Source: a virus. Taken from it: a stretch of DNA of 64,000 nucleotides. Below the pieces are notes generated by a model. The model saw only the letters and a list, made by a program, of their open reading frames with translations. It searched no databases and was not told the DNA's origin. Both the position numbers and the translations under genes were made by a program. This document shows, piece after piece, positions 17,606 to 27,875 of this stretch; position 1 is the first letter of the stretch, and each line of letters opens with the position of its first letter. The DNA is taken from positions 32,001-96,000 of the IMG/VR virus record IMGVR_UViG_3300027741_000030; one strand, given 5' to 3'.

Positions 17606-18763
17606 ATGGCAATAGTAAACAAAAACTTTAGAGTAAAAAATGGCCTTATCGTCGACGGTTCAGTCGCAACGGTAAATGGCTATAACGTATTAACAGAAGC
17701 TTCAACTGCTTTTATTATCAATACAGTTGGCGGATCAGCTGATAGCGCAAATACCCCTAATACTGTTGTAAAGCGTGACGGTTCAGGTAATTTTGCAGCT
17801 GGAACAATATCAGCTACATTTTCTGGTAACTTAACAGGTAATGTAACAGGTACAGTATCAAGCCTTTCAAATCATAATACAGGAGCGCTTGCAGAAGGAT
17901 CAAACTTATACTTTACAAATGCTCGTGCATTATCTGCAACAGCAGGCGCATACGATGCAGCAGGTGCAGCATCTAGCGCACAAGCAAATGCAGCAACAGA
18001 TGCCACTACAAAGGCTAACGCAGCACAGGCTGCAGCAGCAATAGATGCAACTACAAAGGCTAACGCAGCAAAGGCTGCAGCAGAAGCCACAGCAGCAGCA
18101 GCTCTTACAGCAGCAATTGCAACAGAAGTTACAAATCGTAACTCAGCAATTTCAACAGCAGTTTCAGCAGTTGTAGATGGTGCTCCAGCACTTCTTGATA
18201 CTTTAAATGAATTAGCAGCAGCAATTAATGATGATGCTAACTACACAACAACTATTACAACAGCTTTAGCAACTAAAGCTAATTCTACACAAGTTGCAAC
18301 AGATATTGCAGCAGCAGTATCTACAGCAGCAACAGACGCTAGCACAAAGGCTAACGCAGCCCAGGCTGCAGCAGAAGCCACAGCAGCAGCAGCTCTTGTA
18401 AATGCAAAAAATGGTACAGCGTCATTTACTACAGTAAATGTAAATGATGTAGCGGCAGTAAAGGCATCTACATCAAATGTAGCATCTGCATCAACTGTAA
18501 ACGCTTTAACATGGGCAGCAGCAGATTACAGAACAGCTAAGGCAATTGTTAAGTTAAAAAATGGAGTTAATACTCAGGTTTCTGAGGTATTACTAACATT
18601 AGATACAAACAACAATGTTGCAATAACAGAATTTGGAACAATTTCAACAGATCTAGAGCTTGGAACAGTAACAGCTGCCTACGCATCTGGCAATGTTTCT
18701 ATAGCGGTAACCACAACATATGCCTCAACAGATGTTATGGTATACGCAACACTAATTAAATAA
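17606..18763 (+). CDS. Tail fibre-like protein with Ala-rich repeats
   Basis: ATDATTKANAAQAAA repeats, APALLDTLNELAAAINDD fibre motif, EGSNLYFT. Confidence 0.75.
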   Translation: MAIVNKNFRVKNGLIVDGSVATVNGYNVLTEASTAFIINTVGGSADSANTPNTVVKRDGSGNFAAGTISATFSGNLTGNVTGTVSSLSNHNTGALAEGSNLYFTNARALSATAGAYDAAGAASSAQANAATDATTKANAAQAAAAIDATTKANAAKAAAEATAAAALTAAIATEVTNRNSAISTAVSAVVDGAPALLDTLNELAAAINDDANYTTTITTALATKANSTQVATDIAAAVSTAATDASTKANAAQAAAEATAAAALVNAKNGTASFTTVNVNDVAAVKASTSNVASASTVNALTWAAADYRTAKAIVKLKNGVNTQVSEVLLTLDTNNNVAITEFGTISTDLELGTVTAAYASGNVSIAVTTTYASTDVMVYATLIK

Positions 18764-18827
18764 TTAAATAAAGGGTATGGGGTCCCACCAAAACCTCAAC
18801 AAAACAATTAGGGGATAGTGAACTTAA

Positions 18828-19199
18828 ATGGCAACAGTAGATAAAAACTTTAAGGTTAAGAATGGTCTTAACGTAACAGGAGCTGCAACTTTTAATGCGG
18901 CTGTAAATGTAGACAACCTTGTATTAAATTCAACCCCTATAGCTTATAATTCCTCAACTGGTAGATTGCAGATCCAGATTGGTGGGGTCTGGAAAGATAT
19001 CGCTTTCTTGTCAGACGCAGCAGAAGACACAAATGCAGTAACATTTATGGATATTGGACTTGCTATCGATTACGATGGCCAGCCAATATATACAGTTTAT
19101 GCAAATGGAGTAAATACAACAGGAACAAAATTCGCTAATGGCGGAGATTATTCAACAGAAACATATAGCATGACATTCGATTCTGGAACAATTAATTAA
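18828..19199 (+). CDS. Fibre adaptor protein
   Basis: N-terminus MATVDKNFKVKNGL paralogous to previous gene; ends FDSG; precedes Mtd_N fibre. Confidence 0.65.
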   Translation: MATVDKNFKVKNGLNVTGAATFNAAVNVDNLVLNSTPIAYNSSTGRLQIQIGGVWKDIAFLSDAAEDTNAVTFMDIGLAIDYDGQPIYTVYANGVNTTGTKFANGGDYSTETYSMTFDSGTIN

Positions 19200-19260
19200 T
19201 TGTTTTGGAATTATTGTGATGTTATAATTAGCAAATAAGTCTAAATAAGGGGTGGCAAAT

Positions 19261-22260
19261 ATGTCAACAGTAAGAATTCAAGTAAGAAGAGGAACAGCAG
19301 CACAGTGGACCTCAGTAAATCCAATTTTGGCAGCAGGAGAAATGGGTGTCGAGTCAGACACAAACCTATTTAAATTCGGTAACGGATCATCTACCTGGAC
19401 CGCCCTTGCATATGCAAACAATTCAGATGTAGCGATTGGTGAAATTTCCCAAGACGCAATTAACACTGCACTTACAATGGGTGCAGGACTTTCAAAAACT
19501 TACAATGATGGTGCTAACACAATAACAATTAACGTTGATTCAAACGTAGTAGCACTTAAGTCATATGTAAACGCTCAAGTTTCAGCACTTGCAAATACAC
19601 TTGATACAGACTACATTCCACTAGCAGATCGTGGAGCAAATGGCGGAGTTGCATCATTAGACAGCACTGGAAAAATTCCAGCAGCTCAATTAAATATTAC
19701 AGAAACAATTCAAGACGTAGTTGGCTCAACGTTAGTTTCTGGAAGAGGATCAACTTTTTATTATAGCGATCAAGATAATACAATAACTCTTACAGCAGGT
19801 TTAAGAGGACAAGGTTCAGTTTCCGTAACTAATGCAACAGATAATAATGATTTAATTGTTAAATTAAATCCAGTTGTTGCTGCTGATACAAAATTTACAG
19901 GACCTCTTGTTGAAGTTGGAACAGTAACAGCAACAGATGTTAATGCAACAAATGTTTCAATATCTGGAAACTTAACAGTAAATGGAACAACTACAACTGT
20001 AAATTCAACAAATGTTACAATTGATGACCCAATGATCTACATTGGCGATAACAATCAATCAAATAGCCTAGATCTTGGTGTTGTAGCAGCATTTAATAAT
20101 GGAACATATCAGCACTCAGGTCTTGTTCGTGATGCATCAGATGGAAAATGGAAACTTTTTTCAGGTGTAATAGCAGAACCAACAACAACAGTAGATTTTA
20201 CAACGTATACAAAAGATTCTCTTGAAATTGGAGGATTGCATGCAGACTCAGCAAGAATTGGAAATGTTACTAATGATGAAATTCAACATCTAGACGGAGT
20301 TAGCTCAGCAATTCAAACTCAAATTGATTCAAAGCTTTCTACAACTAGAGCAGAGGCAATATATGCGCCAAAAGAATCACCTTATTTTTCTGGAACAGTA
20401 ACTTTGCCAGAAGGAACAGTTACATCAGCAATGATTGCAAATGGCACAATTGTTAATGCAGATATAAATACTTATGCAGAAATTGATCAATCAAAAATTG
20501 CTAATCTTGTTACAAATCTTGCAGCAAAAGCTCCATCAGCATCTCCTACATTTACAGGCACAGTAGTTCTTCCTGCAAATACATCAATTGGAAATGTTTC
20601 ATCAACAGAAATTGGTTATCTTGATGGAGTAACATCAGGAATTCAACAGCAACTTGCTCCAGTTCAAGGTTTAGTCAATTCAGTAAATACACTTGTAACT
20701 GATTTAAATTCAGCTGAAAATACAATATCTTCACTTGAATCATCTGTTACTTCAATTAATACAACAACAAATAGCCTTCAAACACAAATTAATACAAAAG
20801 CATCAACTGCATCACTTACAGCACATGAGGCAGACACAACAAATATTCATGGCATTGCAGATACAACTGCACTTGCTACAAAAACTTATGCAGATTCAGC
20901 AGTTTCAACTGCAGTTTCTGCACTAACAAAATCATCAGTTGGCCTTGCAAATGTTGATAACACATCAGATGCAAATAAGCCAGTATCTTCAGCAACATCA
21001 ACAGCACTTGCGCTCAAAGCGTCACTTGCCTCACCAACATTTACTGGAACTGTTTCTGGTATTACAAAGTCTATGGTTGGGCTTTCAAATGTAGATAATA
21101 CTGCAGATTCAGCAAAACCTGTTTCAACAGCACAGCAAACAGCACTTGATGCCAAATTAGCGCTTGCTGGAGGAACAATGACAGGAGCACTTACACTTTC
21201 AGGTGCACCTACATCAGATCTTCATGCAGCAACTAAGTCTTACGTAGATGGAATTGCTTCTGGAATTAACTTTCATAAATCAGTTAAAATTGCAACAACA
21301 ACTAACTGGTCAGCAGTATATGCAAATGGAACAAATGGTTATGGAGCAACATTAACAGCATCCGTAAATCAATCAATTAACCCAGCAGATGGAGTAACTC
21401 TTGCTGTTGGTGATAGAATTCTTGTAAAATCACAAACAGATGCAAAGCAAAATGGTATCTATGATATAACTTCTGTGGGAGGTTCTTCTTCCAAGTGGGT
21501 TCTTACTCGTTCAGCAGATTCTGATAACAATCCAAATGGGGAAGTTGCAGGTGGAGATTTTACTTTCGTAACAGAAGGTTCTACAAATGCAAGTATTGGA
21601 TTTATCTTGTCTTCACCATCAGGTGCAGCAACTCTTGGAACAGATAATATTGTTTATACACAGTTTAACGCAGCACAAGCAGTAACTGTAGGTGCTGGTA
21701 TTACTAAGTCTGGTTCAACACTTTCAATTGGAACTGGTGCCATTACATCAGATATGATTGTAGATGGAACAATTGTTGATGCAGATATAAATGCTTCAGC
21801 AGCAATCGCACAATCTAAAATCTCAGGACTTTCAACAAGCCTAGGCTTAAAAGCTAACTTAGCAGATCCTACATTTACTGGAACAGTAACAGTTGATGCA
21901 GCAGGAGTAGCATTTACAGATGGAACTCAGACAAAAGAAGGCGTTCCATCACGGACAACAATTATTTCAAAAACAACAGACTACACTCTTTCAAATCTTT
22001 CAGAACGTGATTCATTAATTGAAATAAATGCAGCAGGAGCTACAACATTAACAGTTCCAGCAGATTCATCAACAAACTATCCAGTAGGAACATCTTTGGA
22101 TATTCTGAGAGTAGGAGCTGGAGCATTAACAGTGTCACCTGCAGCTGGCGTAACATTAAATTACACACCAGGAAACAAGCTTCGTGCACAATGGTCATCT
22201 GCAACTCTTGTAAAGAGAGCAGCAAATACATGGGTACTTCTTGGAGACCTAACAGCTTAA
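19261..22260 (+). CDS. Tail fibre with Mtd N-terminal-like domain (fibre 2)
   Basis: RIQVRRGTAAQW...PILAAGEMGVESDT..FKFGNG; SPTFTGTV and VGL.NVDNT repeats; VGDRILVK.Q...NGIY; ends WVLLGDL. Confidence 0.85.
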   Translation: MSTVRIQVRRGTAAQWTSVNPILAAGEMGVESDTNLFKFGNGSSTWTALAYANNSDVAIGEISQDAINTALTMGAGLSKTYNDGANTITINVDSNVVALKSYVNAQVSALANTLDTDYIPLADRGANGGVASLDSTGKIPAAQLNITETIQDVVGSTLVSGRGSTFYYSDQDNTITLTAGLRGQGSVSVTNATDNNDLIVKLNPVVAADTKFTGPLVEVGTVTATDVNATNVSISGNLTVNGTTTTVNSTNVTIDDPMIYIGDNNQSNSLDLGVVAAFNNGTYQHSGLVRDASDGKWKLFSGVIAEPTTTVDFTTYTKDSLEIGGLHADSARIGNVTNDEIQHLDGVSSAIQTQIDSKLSTTRAEAIYAPKESPYFSGTVTLPEGTVTSAMIANGTIVNADINTYAEIDQSKIANLVTNLAAKAPSASPTFTGTVVLPANTSIGNVSSTEIGYLDGVTSGIQQQLAPVQGLVNSVNTLVTDLNSAENTISSLESSVTSINTTTNSLQTQINTKASTASLTAHEADTTNIHGIADTTALATKTYADSAVSTAVSALTKSSVGLANVDNTSDANKPVSSATSTALALKASLASPTFTGTVSGITKSMVGLSNVDNTADSAKPVSTAQQTALDAKLALAGGTMTGALTLSGAPTSDLHAATKSYVDGIASGINFHKSVKIATTTNWSAVYANGTNGYGATLTASVNQSINPADGVTLAVGDRILVKSQTDAKQNGIYDITSVGGSSSKWVLTRSADSDNNPNGEVAGGDFTFVTEGSTNASIGFILSSPSGAATLGTDNIVYTQFNAAQAVTVGAGITKSGSTLSIGTGAITSDMIVDGTIVDADINASAAIAQSKISGLSTSLGLKANLADPTFTGTVTVDAAGVAFTDGTQTKEGVPSRTTIISKTTDYTLSNLSERDSLIEINAAGATTLTVPADSSTNYPVGTSLDILRVGAGALTVSPAAGVTLNYTPGNKLRAQWSSATLVKRAANTWVLLGDLTA

Positions 22261-22286
22261 TAAAATAAAAGAAATAGGGGAAAAAA

Positions 22287-23084
22287 ATGGCTAATAAGAA
22301 ATTTGGTATTAAATCATCAGGACAGGATAACTTCCTAGCTCCATTTGCACCAACAATAGGAACTGCGACAGATGTTGGTACTAACCGTCCATTTGGTAGC
22401 GGTGCAGTTACAGTAACATTTACACCTGATCCTACATACCCTGCAACATCTTTTACAGCATCTGGTTACTGCAGTGTTCATAACATGACTCACTCAGCAA
22501 CAGGATCATCTTCACCAATAACCATTACTGGTTTTGGTTCAGACATGACAACAACAATTACTGTAACAGCTACAAATCAATATGGAACATCCCCTGCTTC
22601 AAATGCATCTAATACAGTAACAGTTACAACTGTTCCAGCAACTCCTTCGGCCCCATCTGCAACAGCGCAGGTAAACCAAGACTCAGTATCTTGGTCAACA
22701 CCTGCAAATGGAGGAAAAGCAATAACAGGTTATACATTAAGGTCAAGCGATGGCCCAACATATTCAACAGGATCAACTTCTTATACTGTTTCTGAAACTG
22801 CCAATACATCGCAAACATATTATGTAAAAGCTACAAATGCAAACGGAACTTCTCAAGAATCAGCCGCCTCAAATTCGGTTACAACTCTTGCACCGTTCTT
22901 TCCACCTTCATTCTTTGCACCACCAGGATTCTTTGCGCCACCTTCATTCTTCGCACCTCCAGGGTTCTTTGCGCCACCTTCATTCTTCGCACCTCCAGGG
23001 TTCTTCGCACCTCCAGGGTTCTTCGCACCTCCAGGGTTCTTCGCACCTCCAGGGTTCTTCGCACCTCCAGGGTTCTGGGATTAA
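22287..23084 (+). CDS. Two-FN3 virion protein with C-terminal (FFAPP[G/S])9 tail
   Basis: FN3 motifs TVTATN..GTS.AS, W..PANGG..ITGY, YVKATNANGTS; then hexapeptide repeats ending FWD. Confidence 0.85.
   Translation: MANKKFGIKSSGQDNFLAPFAPTIGTATDVGTNRPFGSGAVTVTFTPDPTYPATSFTASGYCSVHNMTHSATGSSSPITITGFGSDMTTTITVTATNQYGTSPASNASNTVTVTTVPATPSAPSATAQVNQDSVSWSTPANGGKAITGYTLRSSDGPTYSTGSTSYTVSETANTSQTYYVKATNANGTSQESAASNSVTTLAPFFPPSFFAPPGFFAPPSFFAPPGFFAPPSFFAPPGFFAPPGFFAPPGFFAPPGFFAPPGFWD
22911..23072 (+). repeat. Nine 18-nt coding tandem repeats
   Basis: Unit TTCTTCGCACCTCCAGGG; last five copies identical. Confidence 0.95.
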
Positions 23085-23102
23085 TTAAATAAATTTTAGC
23101 TC

Positions 23103-23133
23103 TTGACAAAATAGTTTATAATTGATAAACTAT
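23103..23133 (+). promoter_or_regulatory. Promoter with overlapping 9-5-9 inverted repeat
   Basis: TTGACA-N17-TAAACT (TG-extended); ATAGTTTAT-AATTG-ATAAACTAT. Confidence 0.7.
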
Positions 23134-23152
23134 AAATAAAGAAAGAGATGTT

Positions 23153-23827
23153 ATGACACAAACATGGTCAAATAAAGAAATTTTATTTCCAGGATTATGG
23201 GTATATAAAGACGTAATTAAACCAGAATTAAATTTGGTTCCTAGACTGCTTAACCTAATTGACAGCAGTGCTGGAAGAATTAATTGGAAAGAAGCAACTG
23301 TTGGCTATAATGAAAATAGGCCAAAGTATAGGGATTGCCAAGATATAAAAATTGGTGAAATTAAAAATCCTAACAATCCATATGATTATGAATTTAATGA
23401 AATATGGAAATTAGCAAAACATGCACAGTCTGGTCCAGTCGAAGATTACTGCACAGCTCACAGCGTAAGAATGGATTTTTGGGAAGTAATGAATTTTATT
23501 TCTTATGGTCCAGGGCAACATTTTCAAGAACATGCAGATCACGGATTTTCTTACAGTGCAACCGTTTCCCTTGTTGCATATCCAAACGATGACTATGAGG
23601 GTGGAGAACTAGCTTTTCCAAAACTAGGAATTACTGTTAAACCACGAGCAGGAGATCTATACATATTCCCTTCAAGCTATATTTATTCTCACGTGGCTCT
23701 TCCAGTTAAAAGCGGAAAAAAATATTCTATTGTAACTATGCTTGATTATAATGACAATACGCATAACGATGAATACCGTGCATTAGTTGATAGAAGACTA
23801 GGCAATGATAAAAATAAGGGCATATAG
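23153..23827 (+). CDS. 2OG-Fe(II) oxygenase, P4H-like
   Basis: Y..GQHF..HAD...Y.NDDYEGGEL.FP...P.AGD..IFPS...H...PVKSGKKY. Confidence 0.9.
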   Translation: MTQTWSNKEILFPGLWVYKDVIKPELNLVPRLLNLIDSSAGRINWKEATVGYNENRPKYRDCQDIKIGEIKNPNNPYDYEFNEIWKLAKHAQSGPVEDYCTAHSVRMDFWEVMNFISYGPGQHFQEHADHGFSYSATVSLVAYPNDDYEGGELAFPKLGITVKPRAGDLYIFPSSYIYSHVALPVKSGKKYSIVTMLDYNDNTHNDEYRALVDRRLGNDKNKGI

Positions 23828-24515
23828 AAAACAAAAAGATTCTGCAAACATATCACAGCTTTCAGTTAAGAGAGACTGGATGGATGAAACATGGGAATCT
23901 CATGCATACAAATGTTTTCCAGTAAGCCTCACCAATCAGTTGGGATGGGGAATATCATTTCCAGAGGATATAACTTTTATATGGGATGGGATTTCAGACT
24001 CTTCTTCAGATCATGTAAAAATATTATCAGGATTAAAATATGCACATTCAGGAAGAGGAAATGCCACAGTAAGCTTTAATACAGGCATTAGCTTTAAAAC
24101 TGATGAAAATATAAGCCTACTAACAATGCCAGTTCCTAATTATTTAAGGGACGGCATTCAGCCATTTACAACATTAATGAGCACTTCATTTTTTAATGGC
24201 GAATTGCCATGTGCTTTAAGAGTAACAAGACCAAATGTTGAAATAACAATTAAAGCAAATACTCCAATATTTTCAATTCTTCCAATTAACCTTGAAGAAA
24301 TTCAAGATTCTGAAATAATATTTGAAGATGCAAGCCTTCTTCCAGAATTAAGTTTTGATCCAAAAGCTTATGGAGAAGAGGTATATAAAATAAATATGTC
24401 TGGAAAGTGGACAAATTTTTATAGAGATGCCGTTGATCATTTAGGAAACATTTTAGGAAAACATCAAATAAAATCAGTTAGGCTAAAGGTCCATGAGGAC
24501 AAAAGCAACATATGA
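23805..24515 (+). CDS. DUF6065-like protein
   Basis: RDWMD.....AYKCFP....N..GW motif; C-terminal FYR. Confidence 0.7.
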   Translation: MIKIRAYRKQKDSANISQLSVKRDWMDETWESHAYKCFPVSLTNQLGWGISFPEDITFIWDGISDSSSDHVKILSGLKYAHSGRGNATVSFNTGISFKTDENISLLTMPVPNYLRDGIQPFTTLMSTSFFNGELPCALRVTRPNVEITIKANTPIFSILPINLEEIQDSEIIFEDASLLPELSFDPKAYGEEVYKINMSGKWTNFYRDAVDHLGNILGKHQIKSVRLKVHEDKSNI

Positions 24516-24542
24516 TAAAATTATATAAAAGGGGTATTAAAA

Positions 24543-25238
24543 ATGATGAGACAAAATAATGAAATAATAGCAAACAGAGATATTGGTTTGCATGCTCCAA
24601 AATCAATAACCCCTTCAGGATTCTTTGGCAATTCATCTGACAATATAGTAGAGCTAGAAAACTTTTTAACAGAAGATGAAAGAGCAAGACTAATTGATTT
24701 TGCAATGAATAATAAAGTTTGGGATCAAACAGAAAGCCATGTTGATGAAGATGGCCTTGTCCTTTATGATGCTAACATATGGAAAGATAGAGTTTGCACA
24801 TATCATTCTTTAATGAAATCAGATCCAAGTATACTAGAATTAATTAATTCCATGATTGCAAGATTAAAAATTGAAGTAGATAAATTTTTTAATGTTGATG
24901 CAAAAGAAACTGGACCAGCAATTGTAAGGTGGCCAATAGGTGCAAGACAAGAACCACATGCAGATAAAGAATTTCACACTGGAATAGAAAAGGGAAGACC
25001 AAATGATTTCCCCTGGTATGATCTAGCAGGCTTATTTTATTTTAATGATGATTATGAGGGTGGAGAATTATATTTCCCACAACATGGAATTGAGTTTAAA
25101 CCAAAAGCAGGAGCAGCTTATTTTTTCCCAGGAGACATGAACTATACTCATGGAGTTAGACCAGTAACCTCTGGAAATAGATTTACCTCCCCATTTTTTT
25201 GGACCATAATGAAACATTTGGATCAAGTTGAAAAATAA
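24543..25238 (+). CDS. 2OG-Fe(II) oxygenase, P4H-like
   Basis: PHADK...YFNDDYEGGELYFP...HGVRPVTSGNRF. Confidence 0.9.
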   Translation: MMRQNNEIIANRDIGLHAPKSITPSGFFGNSSDNIVELENFLTEDERARLIDFAMNNKVWDQTESHVDEDGLVLYDANIWKDRVCTYHSLMKSDPSILELINSMIARLKIEVDKFFNVDAKETGPAIVRWPIGARQEPHADKEFHTGIEKGRPNDFPWYDLAGLFYFNDDYEGGELYFPQHGIEFKPKAGAAYFFPGDMNYTHGVRPVTSGNRFTSPFFWTIMKHLDQVEK

Positions 25239-25863
25239 TAATTGTTTAATTGATGACAATTTTTTGCTTGATGAAGAGATAGATTATTTACAGCAAATAA
25301 TGTACTCTTATGAAAACACCTTTAATTGGATATATACTCCCACAGGAAACATGGACGCTGGAGATTATCGAGCAGTTCACACTAAAAATACAAACAATTC
25401 AATGCAATTTATTCACACAGCAAAATTAGGAAAAATAGAATATTCAAATTTTTCAAAAGATGCTGAAAAAGTTTTATATAAGTTTTGTAAAAAAAACAAT
25501 ATAGAGGTTATAGATGTTTTTAGAATTAAAGCTAATTTAATTCCAAAACAAAATGATTATTTGCAAACAAATATGCCACACGTAGATAATGTTATTGATA
25601 TTATTCCTGAACATACAGAGGGAGAGCATTATGTTTTTTTGTATTATGTAAACGATTCAGACGGCCCAACAGTAATCTTTAATGAAAAATATAATGGAGA
25701 AAAAAAAGATATCTTTTCTATAAAACAAAAAATTAACCCAGTAGCTGGAAGAGGCATATTGTTTAATGCAGACCAATACCACGCCTCATCTATACCTAAA
25801 AAAACAAACTTAAGATGTGTAATAAACATTAATTTAATAGGAAAAAAAATAAATGATAATTAA
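25228..25863 (+). CDS. 2OG-Fe(II) oxygenase
   Basis: PHVD...LYYVNDSDGPT...HASS.P...RCVININ. Confidence 0.8.
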   Translation: MKNNNCLIDDNFLLDEEIDYLQQIMYSYENTFNWIYTPTGNMDAGDYRAVHTKNTNNSMQFIHTAKLGKIEYSNFSKDAEKVLYKFCKKNNIEVIDVFRIKANLIPKQNDYLQTNMPHVDNVIDIIPEHTEGEHYVFLYYVNDSDGPTVIFNEKYNGEKKDIFSIKQKINPVAGRGILFNADQYHASSIPKKTNLRCVININLIGKKINDN

Positions 25864-26293
25864 AAATTTAACCAAAAAAGAAATAGAGGCTTCCAGAGTC
25901 CTATTAGATCTGACCCTAGGCATAGAGCATTCAGGTAAATCTTTTTTTAGTCATTTATACAACACATTTTATATATTAAAAAAAATGAATTTAGACGAGG
26001 ATACATGCCTGGCAGGAATGTATCATTCGATATATGGAACAGAGTATTTTAAGATAGACAAACAGGTGCAAAAAGATGAAGTTATTAAAACAATTGGACA
26101 AAAAGCAAATAAATTGGTAGAATATTTTTGTACAGAAAACAGAAATGATTTTATTTTAAACGGTAAAATAGAAGATCAAGATAGGCTTTCTTTATTGTAT
26201 ATTTTATATGCAAACGAAATAGAGCAAAGAGGCGAAAAAAACATTTTGTTTTTAAATCAAATAAAAGAAGAAATAGGAAAGAAATTGCTATGA
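25853..26293 (+). CDS. HD-like helical protein (DUF6817-like)
   Basis: HSG.SF..HL..T...L.......C.AG.YHSIYGTE. Confidence 0.7.
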   Translation: MIIKNLTKKEIEASRVLLDLTLGIEHSGKSFFSHLYNTFYILKKMNLDEDTCLAGMYHSIYGTEYFKIDKQVQKDEVIKTIGQKANKLVEYFCTENRNDFILNGKIEDQDRLSLLYILYANEIEQRGEKNILFLNQIKEEIGKKLL

Positions 26294-27117
26294 CAAACTT
26301 AGAGTATATTGAGCTATATCCAAGAATAGATGTTTATAGAAATGTTTTAAAAGATCCACAGGCTTTATATCAAACTATGAAAAAATCTGAGGAAACTTCA
26401 AATGGAGAATACCTTTTAAAAACTTGGGATGCATGGGCAAAATTTGGAACCTACACTCAAAAGAAAGACTTGGCTGAAGTTTCAGAAGATACAAAAACTA
26501 AAAATATGTTTATTGAAGAAAAAGATTTTGTAGATCAGGTTCAAGCAGCTTATGATTTAGTTTTGTTGGATTACATAAAAAGACACAATGTTGAGTTAAA
26601 GCCAGGTTGGCATTTTAGCGGCTGCTCTTTTTCAAAATATAAAGATGGAGTAGACACTCTAAAAAATAAAATGACAATGCAGTATCACACTGATTTTATT
26701 ATTGCAGAAAGAGAAATGCCTGGACCTAAGTTTCAATTAACATGTACAATGTACATAAATGATGATTATCAAGGCGGAGACATAGAATTTTTTATTGATG
26801 GAAAGCTGATTAATCATAAGCCACAAGCAGGAGACATTCTTGTCTTCCCATCAGACGAACCATATTTTCATGGAGTTAAAACAATATACAATGGCCAAAA
26901 GTTTTTTGTAAGAAATTTTGTAATGTACCCTTACGATGGAAGCCCTGAATGGCTAGCAAATCAAAAACAATTTGGTGCAGTAAATTGGATGAAAAAAGAA
27001 TTTATTAGATTAGAAGAAGATACAAAAAGAAACATGAAATACGTTGAAGATGGTGTAGAAATTGCAGTAGAGATTGCACACGCAAACCATAATGTAGAGT
27101 CAAAGGAAAGTATGTAA
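26290..27117 (+). CDS. 2OG-Fe(II) oxygenase, P4H-like
   Basis: YHTD...YINDDYQGGDIEF...KPQAGDILVFPS..PYFHGV. Confidence 0.88.
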   Translation: MTNLEYIELYPRIDVYRNVLKDPQALYQTMKKSEETSNGEYLLKTWDAWAKFGTYTQKKDLAEVSEDTKTKNMFIEEKDFVDQVQAAYDLVLLDYIKRHNVELKPGWHFSGCSFSKYKDGVDTLKNKMTMQYHTDFIIAEREMPGPKFQLTCTMYINDDYQGGDIEFFIDGKLINHKPQAGDILVFPSDEPYFHGVKTIYNGQKFFVRNFVMYPYDGSPEWLANQKQFGAVNWMKKEFIRLEEDTKRNMKYVEDGVEIAVEIAHANHNVESKESM

Positions 27118-27875
27118 TGGAACTAATAAAAATAGCAGAAGACATTCATCTATATAAAAATTTTATAGAAGATGAAGAACTTGCTAAAGTAACATCTTTA
27201 TTAAAAAAATTACAAAATACCGACAAAGACTATTGGAAGTCTATATCTTTTTATGAGTCATATTCCGCCAGATACCCTTATGATGGAGAACCAATTTTAG
27301 AAGAATTTGGTTTGCCTGCAACTTATTTTTCTGATCTAAGAAATAGGTTTAAAGAAGCAGCCGCACATGTTGCTAATCAGCCAGTTGAAAAAATGTCTCA
27401 AATAAGTTTTCATATTCAAAGATGGCTTCCAGGTTCTTTTGCACCAAAGCATTCTGACAACAGTGATAATGAAGGAAACATGGGAGCCTTTACAAGAAGC
27501 AGATACGCTGGATTTTTATACTTAAATGATGACTTTGAAGGAGGCACCTTAAAGTTTGAAGCACAACACGGAGAGCTGCCATTAGAAATAATTCCAGAAG
27601 CTGGATCTTTTTTAATATTCCACGGCGGTCACAAAAACATGCATGAGGTTACTGTAGTAAAAAAGAGCCCAAGATACACAATAGGTTCTTTTTGGGACGA
27701 TAGAGAAGAATCAGATTATCCACAAGACGTAAGAGATGCTTGGGCTGAAGAGCTTAAAAAAGTTAGAGCAATTCAAGCTGAAGAAGCGGTAGAGTGGAAA
27801 GAAGTTAGAGAAAAGGGATTACGTCTAACACCAGATGGCAAGTCTATACCAGCATCTGAAGTGGAAGATTTATGA
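27117..27875 (+). CDS. 2OG-Fe(II) oxygenase, P4H-like
   Basis: HSDN...YLNDDFEGG.L.F...HEVTVV...RY. Confidence 0.88.
   Translation: MELIKIAEDIHLYKNFIEDEELAKVTSLLKKLQNTDKDYWKSISFYESYSARYPYDGEPILEEFGLPATYFSDLRNRFKEAAAHVANQPVEKMSQISFHIQRWLPGSFAPKHSDNSDNEGNMGAFTRSRYAGFLYLNDDFEGGTLKFEAQHGELPLEIIPEAGSFLIFHGGHKNMHEVTVVKKSPRYTIGSFWDDREESDYPQDVRDAWAEELKKVRAIQAEEAVEWKEVREKGLRLTPDGKSIPASEVEDL

Noticed and set aside
10762-22260. Diversity-generating retroelement suggested by Mtd_N domains
   Set aside because: No reverse transcriptase, Avd or adenine-mismatched TR/VR pair seen; Mtd_N is only a fibre anchor domain
22911-23072. CRISPR-like array
   Set aside because: Repeats are contiguous 18-mers without spacers and are in frame within a CDS
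22837-23109. Alternate-frame repeat ORFs (SSHLQG)n and (RTLEVR)n
   Set aside because: By-products of the 18-nt repeat; the FFAPPG frame is continuous with the FN3 gene and synonymous variation preserves it
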